A stretch of DNA of 64,000 nt from an uncultured Alphaproteobacteria bacterium (GTDB lineage: Bacteria > Pseudomonadota > Alphaproteobacteria > HIMB59 > GCA-002718135). This document shows, piece after piece, positions 11,096 through 18,460 of the stretch (its first letter is position 1; each line of letters begins with the position of its first letter). The stretch is from assembly GCA_902567855.1 (NCBI GenBank), contig CACFOQ010000002.1:15163-79162 (forward strand), in the 5' to 3' direction. Under the pieces are notes generated by a model, which was not told where the DNA came from, made no database searches, and saw only the letters and a list, made by a program, of their open reading frames with translations. Position numbers and translations under genes: made by a program.

Positions 11096-11998
11096 ATGAA
11101 ATACGAACAAATTAGTGATAAATCAATTAATCAAGGTCTTATTACTAAAAATGCAATGCCAATACCGCATAAAAAAATTTTGGAGTTTTGGAACAACTTA
11201 AATATTAATACCATTAACTCTATATTTGATTATGATACTATTGAAAGATATAGAAATAAATATTTTAATTGGATAATCAGTTCAAAAAGAAATAATTTGA
11301 AAAATTTAAGTGATTTCAAAGAGATAACTTTTACTTATGGAACTACAGAAACATTCAGTAATTTTTTTTCTAAATATCATAGTAAAAGATTTAGATGTTT
11401 TAAGGGAGAGTATTTATTTCATAGACTGAATTGGAGAAATAATTCAATTGCATGGAAATATATTGAAGAAGAAGATATTAAAAAAAATGATGCTGTTATA
11501 ATTAGTTTACCATTTAGTGATAGTGGCGATATTCACCCTATGACAAAAATTATTCTTGAGAAATGTAATGCATTGGGAGTTCCAGTATGTATTGACTGTG
11601 CGTATATGGTCATAGCTAAAGATATTGAATTTGATTTTAATCAACCTTCCATTGAATGTATCACTTTTTCTTTAAGTAAAGGTTTTTGGGGAATAGATAA
11701 ATTACGTTGTGGTTTAAGGTTAAAAAAAATAGATGAAGATGATTCAATCGATATTTACAATAAATGGAGTTGTGTCAATTTATATTCAATGGCAGTAGCT
11801 GAAAAGATATTTGAAAATTTTGATTCAGATTACAATTGGGATACATTTGAAAATAAATATTATGAAATGTGCAAAGAACTTAATCTAGAGCCTACAAAAT
11901 GTATAATTTTTGGTCTTGGAGGAGAAAAATATACCAAATATAATAGAGGTGGTAATTTTAATAGAGTCTGCATTTCAAATTCTTTATCAGATAATTAA
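11096..11998 (+). CDS. Hypothetical protein, possible PLP-enzyme-like
   Basis: 300 aa. FSLSKGFWG resembles the SxSK PLP-lysine motif of fold-type I enzymes. Weak call. Confidence 0.3.
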   Translation: MKYEQISDKSINQGLITKNAMPIPHKKILEFWNNLNINTINSIFDYDTIERYRNKYFNWIISSKRNNLKNLSDFKEITFTYGTTETFSNFFSKYHSKRFRCFKGEYLFHRLNWRNNSIAWKYIEEEDIKKNDAVIISLPFSDSGDIHPMTKIILEKCNALGVPVCIDCAYMVIAKDIEFDFNQPSIECITFSLSKGFWGIDKLRCGLRLKKIDEDDSIDIYNKWSCVNLYSMAVAEKIFENFDSDYNWDTFENKYYEMCKELNLEPTKCIIFGLGGEKYTKYNRGGNFNRVCISNSLSDN

Positions 11999-12135
11999 TT
12001 ATTAATTTTTTTTTGCTACTTTTAATAATCCTAATTATTCCACAGGAGGTATTGCATTTGTTATTATTTTTGTTTTATTCTTAGCTTTGAATTGGATTTT
12101 TAGTGCTTTTGATTAATAAAATAAATTTATATACT

Positions 12136-12155
12136 TGATCACATTCTGATCACGT
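12136..12155 (+). repeat. Tandem 11-bp-periodic repeat tgatcacat-tc-tgatcacgt upstream of the tRNA
   Basis: Same N5-CAC-W/R-T x2 form as the cassette barcodes, but at a different distance from the tRNA core (109 nt versus 84-85 nt). Confidence 0.4.
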
Positions 12156-12219
12156 TTGTGTTAAGAAGAAAACCTATTAACAACAAAATTATTGTGATAA
12201 ATCATAGGAAATATAAGTA

Positions 12220-12309
12220 GGAGAGGTGGCCGAGTGGTTGAAGGCGCCCGCTTGGAAAGCGTGTATAGTGGCAACACTATCGAGGGTTCGAATCCCTCTC
12301 TCTCCGCCA
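12220..12309 (+). tRNA. tRNA-Ser (anticodon GGA), intact, CCA encoded
   Basis: Acceptor GGAGAGG/TCTCTCC. Anticodon loop TTGGAAA (GGA at 12254-12256). Long variable arm tatagtg-gcaa-cactat. T-arm GAGGG-TTCGAAT-CCCTC. G discriminator plus CCA. 90 nt. Confidence 0.95.
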
Positions 12310-12354
12310 TAAATTAAGATTTTTCTTTAACGATTTTTCAAAAAAAAAACGTTT

Positions 12355-12375
12355 GGTTGCACATAGGTTGCACTT
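12355..12375 (+). repeat. Barcode 1L: ggttgcacat-a-ggttgcactt
   Basis: CACAT begins 51 nt after the tRNA CCA end. Confidence 0.85.
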
Positions 12376-12415
12376 GATAGCATACTTTTTATAATCATTT
12401 TGGCAATTTAGTGAT

Positions 12416-12751
12416 ATGATATTATTTGTGAATATAATTATTTCTCTTACTTTCTTTTTATTTTTATTAACCATAAACGTTAATGCTATTGAAAATTTTG
12501 ATTGTCCTAAAAAAAATTTAGGTGAAACGTTTGATCAAGCTTATGAAAGATTAAATCTTAGTGAAGAACAAATAAGGTATTGTAAAAAAGATCGATTGCT
12601 AAATAAAGATACAATAAAAAAAATAGCGGAAGATAAAAAACAATTTGAAGAATTTATGTGGATTAAAGATAGAGCCTTACCTATTTTATGGATATTAATT
12701 GCCATAATAGTAGGTCCAATAATTTTAATTAAAATTTTTAGAAAAAAATAA
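12416..12751 (+). CDS. Small secreted, C-terminally anchored protein with a Cys pair (paralog of 13175..13528)
   Basis: Signal peptide, AIENFDCPK, YCKK, FEEF, C-terminal TM segment plus basic tail. Confidence 0.6.
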   Translation: MILFVNIIISLTFFLFLLTINVNAIENFDCPKKNLGETFDQAYERLNLSEEQIRYCKKDRLLNKDTIKKIAEDKKQFEEFMWIKDRALPILWILIAIIVGPIILIKIFRKK

Positions 12752-12754
12752 TTT

Positions 12755-13165
12755 ATGGTTAATGTGATTGTTAGTATTTTTTTATCCGTATTTTTTTGTA
12801 TAATCGTTGCTATTGTTGACAATAATTTTACAATTCATAGTGACATAAATTTATTAAATAAATTAGAAAATTATATACCTCGAAATAGCACTTCTTATAT
12901 TATTGCTTTTTTAATTTTAGGTGTGATCAACGGATCATTATCCGCATTTATTATTTCTAGATATAAAAGTTTTAATCTTGTTGCTTCAATGATTTTGCCT
13001 ATTTTGATCACAATTGGTTATTTATATATTAGTTTTCTTTTACCAATTCAGCTTTATTTAAGTAATGTTGGTGGAGCAATTGGATCGATTGATTGGGGCT
13101 TAACTCAATTTCTTTTAATTTCTATTACTACTTTGTTTCTTTTTTTAAGAGATCAATCTAATTAA
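12755..13165 (+). CDS. Small integral membrane protein (about 4 TM)
   Basis: 136 aa with four hydrophobic segments. Starts 4 nt after the upstream stop. Confidence 0.55.
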   Translation: MVNVIVSIFLSVFFCIIVAIVDNNFTIHSDINLLNKLENYIPRNSTSYIIAFLILGVINGSLSAFIISRYKSFNLVASMILPILITIGYLYISFLLPIQLYLSNVGGAIGSIDWGLTQFLLISITTLFLFLRDQSN

Positions 13166-13174
13166 AATGAAAAA

Positions 13175-13528
13175 TTAAGTTCGGCGTTTTAAAAAATATC
13201 TTATTAAACGGAAAATAATATAAATTATTAAAAGAATACCCGATAAGAAAATTAAAGCGGGTTTAGATGTATATTTTTCGTACTTTTGTTGTTCTTTAAA
13301 CTCTTCAAATGCTTCCTCACTTTTTTTTGTACAAAAATCTTTTTCTTCTTGAGTTAGATCTTCCCATTTTTTGTTTGGTTGTAAATTTTCTGAATTTTCT
13401 GAAACTAGATTTTCAATTGTACCTTCAAGTTTTGAATCTATTGGTTCTTTAGGACACTCTATAGCTTTCAAATTAAAGGAAATTATCAATACAAAACAAG
13501 TAAGCAAAAATAATGCAAAATATCTCAT
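13175..13528 (-). CDS. Small secreted, C-terminally anchored protein with a Cys pair (paralog of 12416..12751)
   Basis: Signal peptide, AIECPK, FCTKK, FEEF, C-terminal TM segment plus basic tail. Convergent with its paralog. Confidence 0.6.
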   Translation of the reverse strand: MRYFALFLLTCFVLIISFNLKAIECPKEPIDSKLEGTIENLVSENSENLQPNKKWEDLTQEEKDFCTKKSEEAFEEFKEQQKYEKYTSKPALIFLSGILLIIYIIFRLIRYFLKRRT

Positions 13529-13580
13529 TGAATAATCTTATCACCAATATTTAAATTATTCTTTATTAAAATAATTTTTT

Positions 13581-13601
13581 GGTTGCACATTGGTTGCACT
13601 T
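13581..13601 (+). repeat. Barcode 1R: ggttgcacat-t-ggttgcactt
   Basis: CACAT begins 85 nt before the core of tRNA fragment 2. Same 5-mer as 1L. Confidence 0.85.
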
Positions 13602-13670
13602 ACTCACTCATTATTTGCAACTTCACGTTTAATTTTTCCTAGAAAACCTAAACTTTGTATTTAATCAGCA

Positions 13671-13731
13671 CGCTTGGAAAGCGTGTATAGTGGCAACACT
13701 ATCGAGGGTTCGAATCCCTCTCTCTCCGCCA
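13671..13731 (+). repeat. tRNA-Ser 3' fragment 2 (61 nt, anticodon stem to CCA; variable-arm allele A)
   Basis: Identical to 12249-12309. Preceded by the conserved ..tttaatcagca. No 5' acceptor or D arm. Confidence 0.95.
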
Positions 13732-13776
13732 TAAACTAGGATTTTTCTTTAACGATTTTTCAACAAAAATATGTTT

Positions 13777-13797
13777 CGGCGCACATACGGCGCACTT
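13777..13797 (+). repeat. Barcode 2L: cggcgcacat-a-cggcgcactt
   Basis: CACAT begins 51 nt after the fragment 2 CCA. Confidence 0.85.
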
Positions 13798-13914
13798 ACA
13801 CATTCTTTTTCATCTTTGAAAAGTATGTTATTTATATTTTCTTAATTGGTTTTTTTCGGGTGTCATTAATCGGGGATATAGATTAACTTAATCTTTAATT
13901 CAATCAATTACCTA

Positions 13915-13942
13915 TCAACATCCCTCGTGGTTGGTGGTAGGA
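13915..13942 (+). repeat. 28-nt direct repeat, copy 1 (tcaacatccctcgtggttggtggtagga)
   Basis: Second copy at 14138-14165 with 2 mismatches. The pair brackets the small ORF 13964..14122. Confidence 0.8.
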
Positions 13943-13963
13943 TGATTTTGAAAGTAAGAACTT

Positions 13964-14122
13964 ATGGATAATAAAATAATAGATAAATTTTTAAAATTCA
14001 TAGAAAAAGATGTAGTACCTCCTATAAAAAAAGATTTTACATGGCTGGCCAAGACTATAACTAAGGACTTGGAAAAACTTACAAAAGACAAAAAACAATC
14101 TAAAAAAAAGAATAAATCATAG
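13964..14122 (+). CDS. Small Lys-rich protein (52 aa), below the ORF-track cutoff; paralog of 32209..32391
   Basis: Hand translation: MDNKIIDKFLKFIEKDVVPPIKKDFTWLAKTITKDLEKLTKDKKQSKKKNKS. It aligns along its length with the 60-aa ORF at 32209 (PIKKDFTWL, DLEKLTK.KKQSKKK). Confidence 0.6.
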   Translation: MDNKIIDKFLKFIEKDVVPPIKKDFTWLAKTITKDLEKLTKDKKQSKKKNKS

Positions 14123-14137
14123 GAATAAATAATATCC

Positions 14138-14165
14138 TCAACATTTCTCGTGGTTGGTGGTAGGA
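14138..14165 (+). repeat. 28-nt direct repeat, copy 2 (tcaacatttctcgtggttggtggtagga)
   Basis: See 13915-13942. Confidence 0.8.
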
Positions 14166-14192
14166 GTTTTAAAATGAATCCTCTTGGAAGAA

Positions 14193-14939
14193 TCATTTTA
14201 TTTTTTTATTAAAAACCACAGGCATTTTACCTTTCCACTGGAACCACAGATTAGGTTGTTCAATGCACTCACACATAAAATGAGCGACGTTTGCTCGTGT
14301 AGTAGTAAGTCCATTAAAAATAGTTTGAGGAGGTGTCGCTACTACTTCATAGTTCGAAATTTCAGCATTAATGAGTCCGTCTGGTCGGACCACTACCCAT
14401 TCAATAAATTCATTTTCTGAACCAATGTTATCTCTCAAAAAAGCAGCGGAGGCTTCATTATCATAATGTGGTGGTATGAGGTTGCGTAACAGAGATAAAA
14501 TAACTTTTTCGCTCGTGGTTACTCTCTCACCAGGATTGCGATTACCTACGGTGTTCATTAATAAAAATTTTGTTTTATCTAGAGAATGAGTAGCTTTAAT
14601 AGCTACACATAGACGTTTGACTGCTTCCAGAACAAGCGTTCTGGGCTTGCCAAATATTCCTTTAAAACTCATTGTGTGACCTAAGCAGCAAGCCACAGCA
14701 GCACAACCTTTTACGGCTTCCAACATTTGTTCGTCACTCAGATCAAGCAAACTTGCTTTTATGATTTTAAGCTTTGGATTTTCAAGAAGTTCTTGTGGAA
14801 ATTTATCGAGTGACCGAACAATAATTCGAAGGCTATAGCCGCGGACAAGCAGCTGTTTTACAAGAGGGAAACCTGTATTTCCTGTAGCCCCGACCACTAA
14901 AACTGTTTTAGAATTTGAATTGGTTTTTTCGGATGTCAT
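14193..14939 (-). CDS. NAD(P)H-binding atypical SDR (NmrA / flavin-reductase-like)
   Basis: N-terminal VVGATGNTG Rossmann motif. 248 aa. Confidence 0.7.
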   Translation of the reverse strand: MTSEKTNSNSKTVLVVGATGNTGFPLVKQLLVRGYSLRIIVRSLDKFPQELLENPKLKIIKASLLDLSDEQMLEAVKGCAAVACCLGHTMSFKGIFGKPRTLVLEAVKRLCVAIKATHSLDKTKFLLMNTVGNRNPGERVTTSEKVILSLLRNLIPPHYDNEASAAFLRDNIGSENEFIEWVVVRPDGLINAEISNYEVVATPPQTIFNGLTTTRANVAHFMCECIEQPNLWFQWKGKMPVVFNKKIK

Positions 14940-14952
14940 TTATGGTTATCTT

Positions 14953-16275
14953 CTAGTTTTTAATTTTTTTTGCTGCTTTTGCATATTCTATATTTCTTCC
15001 GCCATAACGTCTTAGACGTATGTTGCATTGTTCGGCATGACCAAGAAAACCTTCTAAATATGAAAGTCTAGAGCCATACTCACCTATTAAGGTCGCAGCT
15101 TCATCTGTTAAAACTTTTTGATATGTGTGTGTTTTGATAAATTTACCCACCCATAATCCGCCAGTATAACGTCCGGCTTTTTTAGTAGGTAGGGTATGGT
15201 TTGTTCCAATCACTTTGTCACCATTTGCAACATTGGTTCTTGGGCCAAGAAATAATGCACCGTAAGATTTCATATTTTCCAAAAACCAATCATCTTTTTT
15301 TGTCATCACTTGCACATGTTCCGAGGCAATTTCATTTGCTTTATCAAGCATTTCTTCGTACGAATCACAAAGTATAACTGCACCGTAATCTCTCCAACTT
15401 ATACTTGCTGTTTCTTTAGTTGGTAAAATTTGAAGAATTCTTTCAATCTCTAATAGAGTAGACTCTGCTAAATTTTTTGAATTTGTAATTAGAACTGCGG
15501 GTGAATTATATCCATGTTCAGCTTGCCCTAAAAGATCAGTAGCACATAATTCTCCATCTACAGTATCATCTGCAATAACCATTGTTTCCGTTGGGCCAGC
15601 AAATAAATCAATCCCCACTTTTCCAAATAATTGTCTTTTAGCTTCAGCAACATAAGCGTTACCAGGACCAACAAGCATATCAACTGGTTTTATTGTTTCA
15701 GTTCCTATTGCCATTGCACCTATACCTTGCATACCACCTAATACATATATCTCATGGGCTCCACCTAAATGCATAGCCGCAATTACTGCTGGATTAGGTT
15801 TGCTTTGAAATGGAGATGTAGTAGCTACTATTCTAGGGACATCTGCAACAGATGCTGTTACTACAGACATGTGTGCGGATGCTACCATAGGAAATTTTCC
15901 TGCAGGAACATAACAGCCAACTGATTGTACTGGAATATTTTTGTGACCTAATATCACTCCAGGTAGTGTTTCAACTTCTAATTCCTTTAATGTTGCAAGT
16001 TGTGCTTCTGCAAATTGTCTTATTTGTTTTTGCGCAAATTTGATGTCCTCAATGTCATCTTCAGATACCTTACTAATTAAATTTTGAATCTCGGAATCTA
16101 TTAACCTAAAACTTGTTGGGGAATAATTATCAAATTTCTCTGACAATTCTCTAACATATTGGTCACCTTGTTGTTCTATTTTTTTTAATGTTTCTTCAAC
16201 AATGTTTTTAACTTTATCATTCTCAGCTGATCGTTCTTGTTCAGCAATTCCTTTTTTCAAATATTGAATAGTCAT
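14953..16275 (-). CDS. Histidinol-dehydrogenase-family (HisD-like) NAD-dependent alcohol/aldehyde dehydrogenase
   Basis: 440 aa. GQAEHG... and GPGNAYV motifs of the HisD family. The catabolic context argues against biosynthetic hisD. Confidence 0.7.
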   Translation of the reverse strand: MTIQYLKKGIAEQERSAENDKVKNIVEETLKKIEQQGDQYVRELSEKFDNYSPTSFRLIDSEIQNLISKVSEDDIEDIKFAQKQIRQFAEAQLATLKELEVETLPGVILGHKNIPVQSVGCYVPAGKFPMVASAHMSVVTASVADVPRIVATTSPFQSKPNPAVIAAMHLGGAHEIYVLGGMQGIGAMAIGTETIKPVDMLVGPGNAYVAEAKRQLFGKVGIDLFAGPTETMVIADDTVDGELCATDLLGQAEHGYNSPAVLITNSKNLAESTLLEIERILQILPTKETASISWRDYGAVILCDSYEEMLDKANEIASEHVQVMTKKDDWFLENMKSYGALFLGPRTNVANGDKVIGTNHTLPTKKAGRYTGGLWVGKFIKTHTYQKVLTDEAATLIGEYGSRLSYLEGFLGHAEQCNIRLRRYGGRNIEYAKAAKKIKN

Positions 16276-16278
16276 AAG

Positions 16279-17373
16279 TTATTTTTTATGTATTAAATCA
16301 AATATATCAACGTCTATCTGGTTAAGTATGTGTGCAATATCAATGGGCACCCAGTTTTCTCTTATTAATCCTTCGTGATGTAAATAAAAATCCATAACTC
16401 TCATTGTTACTGATTTGCCTGTGCCTTCATATCCAAGCCATTCTTTTGAACCATGCTTACACTCTATGCTGTGCCAACCTGATGTCATCGAAAAATTGCC
16501 ATCTGCAATTTCAATATAGTGTCCTATTTTCCAATAGTCTCTTTCCTTAAATGTTAGTCGAAATGGTAATTGATGATGATCAACATATCCTTTTAGCCCT
16601 CTTGCAGTACCTATACCGCTAGGACCATACCACATCATTTTAGGATGCCAGAAATCTTTTTGTGCATGATTTAATAATTTCTCTCTTATATATTCATAAT
16701 TAGATCCAGGATCAGTTTCAGGTTTGATGTTTAAACTTCTTTGCATTGTTAAAGCTTGCTCCATAGATTTAATTGATAATTCATTATCCATATTTTCAAA
16801 TGTTGTACCATCACCGGTTATTGGCCCTGGCCACATACCTTCCGCGCCTAGAGATTTATTTACTGGCCAAAATCCAGCCTGACGAATAAAATCTAAAGTA
16901 TCAATTAAAATGTGAGATTGAATAATTTTATTATCTTTGATTTCATGCGCTTCACATATTCTAAGATGAATTGTTTTGGCATGAGCAGGAACATTAAGCC
17001 ATGGATTTACAAAAGTCCCTGTTAAATGAGCTACTGTAGAAACAAAAATTTTATCTTGAAAAGATCCTCCAAGAATTAGATTATCCCTTCTTTCAAGATC
17101 AGGAAATGCATTTATAAGTGGTTTCCATAATTTTTCTGTTATTTCAGAAATTCCTTTTAAGTCATTAAGTGGATGGAATGCTCTTATTACCGCATCATCA
17201 TGATACGCATCACTAATATTTTTATTAATATTTTCTAAATTGGATTCAGCTATATTTTTTAGAAGAATTCTAATTTTTTTTTTATTTGCTAAATTTATCT
17301 TTGGATCTAAATTAATGACTTCAGTACTTCCCTCTTTTTTTATTCCAGTATTAAAATTTTCAATGTTTGTCAT
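16279..17373 (-). CDS. NTF2-like / SnoaL-like (ester-cyclase-like) two-domain protein; paralog of 24982..26055
   Basis: Shares PDLERRD, TGDG, WHP..WYGP.GIGT.RG, HQ.PF and LIRENWV..D blocks with 24982..26055. Confidence 0.5.
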   Translation of the reverse strand: MTNIENFNTGIKKEGSTEVINLDPKINLANKKKIRILLKNIAESNLENINKNISDAYHDDAVIRAFHPLNDLKGISEITEKLWKPLINAFPDLERRDNLILGGSFQDKIFVSTVAHLTGTFVNPWLNVPAHAKTIHLRICEAHEIKDNKIIQSHILIDTLDFIRQAGFWPVNKSLGAEGMWPGPITGDGTTFENMDNELSIKSMEQALTMQRSLNIKPETDPGSNYEYIREKLLNHAQKDFWHPKMMWYGPSGIGTARGLKGYVDHHQLPFRLTFKERDYWKIGHYIEIADGNFSMTSGWHSIECKHGSKEWLGYEGTGKSVTMRVMDFYLHHEGLIRENWVPIDIAHILNQIDVDIFDLIHKK

Positions 17374-17436
17374 AATTATTTAAATTTTAGTTACTCACAA
17401 TTAGGCAAATTTTAAATTGATTTATTCAATATTTTG

Positions 17437-17461
17437 AATATTATTCATTAAAAATGAATAA
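17437..17461 (+). promoter_or_regulatory. Candidate operator in a divergent promoter (aatattattcatta; palindrome ttattcat-taaaa-atgaataa)
   Basis: The 14-mer aatattattcatta recurs exactly at 21611-21624, upstream of the LacI-family gene and binding-protein gene. Confidence 0.3.
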
Positions 17462-17479
17462 AATATAATTTTTCCTAAA

Positions 17480-18448
17480 ATGTCAATAGATATAGAAAAA
17501 CGTCTAGCAAGATTTAATGATCTTATTCCCAGTAAGATCCCTTTTGTAGAAGGTAAGTTAAAAGGTCATCAGGATAGAAAAAATTATTCAATTGTCGGAC
17601 CAGGGGTAAGTGAAGATTCTAAGCAAAATGTAAAAATTGCTGAAGCTCACGGATTTAATATCGGGGCTGTAAGTGCTGCCCCAATGAATGGTTCAGGATT
17701 GCATAGTCATACAACTGCCGAGGTGTTTATTATACATGCTGGTTCATGGCGTTTTTATTGGGGAGTAAATGGCGAAGAGGGCGAAGTAATTCTTAGCAAA
17801 GGAGATGTAGCATCATTTCCTACTAATATGTTTAGAGGATTTCAAAATGTTAGTGATGAAGAAGCCCTTATGTTTGTTGCGCTAGGTGAAGATGATCCAG
17901 GTGTTATTACGTGGACTCCAAGATTATTGAAAGAAGCAAATGAATCAGGAATGTTATTAATGGAAGATCGTTCATTGGTTGATCTTAATAAGCAAAAAGT
18001 GCCTGAGGGTAAGTTAGTAACAAAACCTCTTGAAGATAAGGAACTGGAAAGCTTTGACCATTATACCTCAGATGAAATTGAGAAATTTGTTATTCGTTAT
18101 AATGATAATAAAAATTATGTTGATGATGAACATTATAATTCAAATTCAATAATTAATTATTTAGATTCATTTGAAATACATGGAAAAAAAATTGAACCTA
18201 AAATTCCTCACAAAACAGGCTTTGGATTGACTCTATTAAAAGGTGTTTCAGCCCATATGCATGCGTATTCTATTAATTCATCTGAAGTTTATAATTGTTT
18301 AAATGGCAAGTGGGAAGTCACATGTAATGATGAGAAAGTTATTCTCGAACCACGTGATAGTTTCTCTGCTCCAAAGAATTCTACAAGAAGTGTAAAACAG
18401 ATAAGCAATGATGAGGGTAGTTTATTTATCGTTAGGCAATCAAATTAA
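17480..18448 (+). CDS. Bicupin-domain protein
   Basis: Cupin motif GSGLHSHTTAEVFIIHAG in the N-terminal half and a second cupin-like half (GVSAHMHAY...). Confidence 0.65.
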   Translation: MSIDIEKRLARFNDLIPSKIPFVEGKLKGHQDRKNYSIVGPGVSEDSKQNVKIAEAHGFNIGAVSAAPMNGSGLHSHTTAEVFIIHAGSWRFYWGVNGEEGEVILSKGDVASFPTNMFRGFQNVSDEEALMFVALGEDDPGVITWTPRLLKEANESGMLLMEDRSLVDLNKQKVPEGKLVTKPLEDKELESFDHYTSDEIEKFVIRYNDNKNYVDDEHYNSNSIINYLDSFEIHGKKIEPKIPHKTGFGLTLLKGVSAHMHAYSINSSEVYNCLNGKWEVTCNDEKVILEPRDSFSAPKNSTRSVKQISNDEGSLFIVRQSN

Positions 18449-18460
18449 TTTATTAAAAAT

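Larger units (their letters stand above)
12310..13670 (+). mobile_element. Cassette 1 (1.36 kb, barcode ggttgcac): three small membrane-protein genes, no recombinase
   Basis: Bounded by the intact tRNA 3' end and tRNA fragment 2. Matching barcodes at 12355 and 13581. Confidence 0.7.

Noticed and set aside
12133-12176. Homology of the tRNA-upstream region to cassette right arms, based on the shared 10-mer agaaaaccta (12167 versus 13641)
   Set aside because: The distances to the barcode and to the core differ (27 versus 55 nt, and 82 versus 30 nt), and the 10-mer is A-rich. Chance cannot be excluded.
12355-12395. Barcodes as sigma-70 -35 elements (in cassette 1, TTGCAC at 12368, a 16-nt spacer, then TATAAT at 12390, upstream of ORF 12416)
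   Set aside because: This works only for the left arm of cassette 1. The cggcgcac, ggtctcac and tggcacac variants lack a TTG-type hexamer, and the right-end copies face no gene. A local promoter at 12368-12395 remains possible but does not explain the motif class.
12277-12474. Track ORF on the minus strand overlapping the tRNA
   Set aside because: It overlaps the tRNA-Ser gene and the conserved att arm, and has a low-complexity product. It is a shadow ORF.
13581-13797. Barcodes or arms as integron attC-like or terminator hairpins
   Set aside because: The units are direct repeats, not inverted ones, so no stem can form. I saw no R''/L''-type imperfect palindromes.
13915-14196. Track ORF 13915..14196 (-)
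   Set aside because: The opposite strand carries the conserved small ORF (13964-14122) with a paralog at 32209. The minus-strand product is low-complexity.
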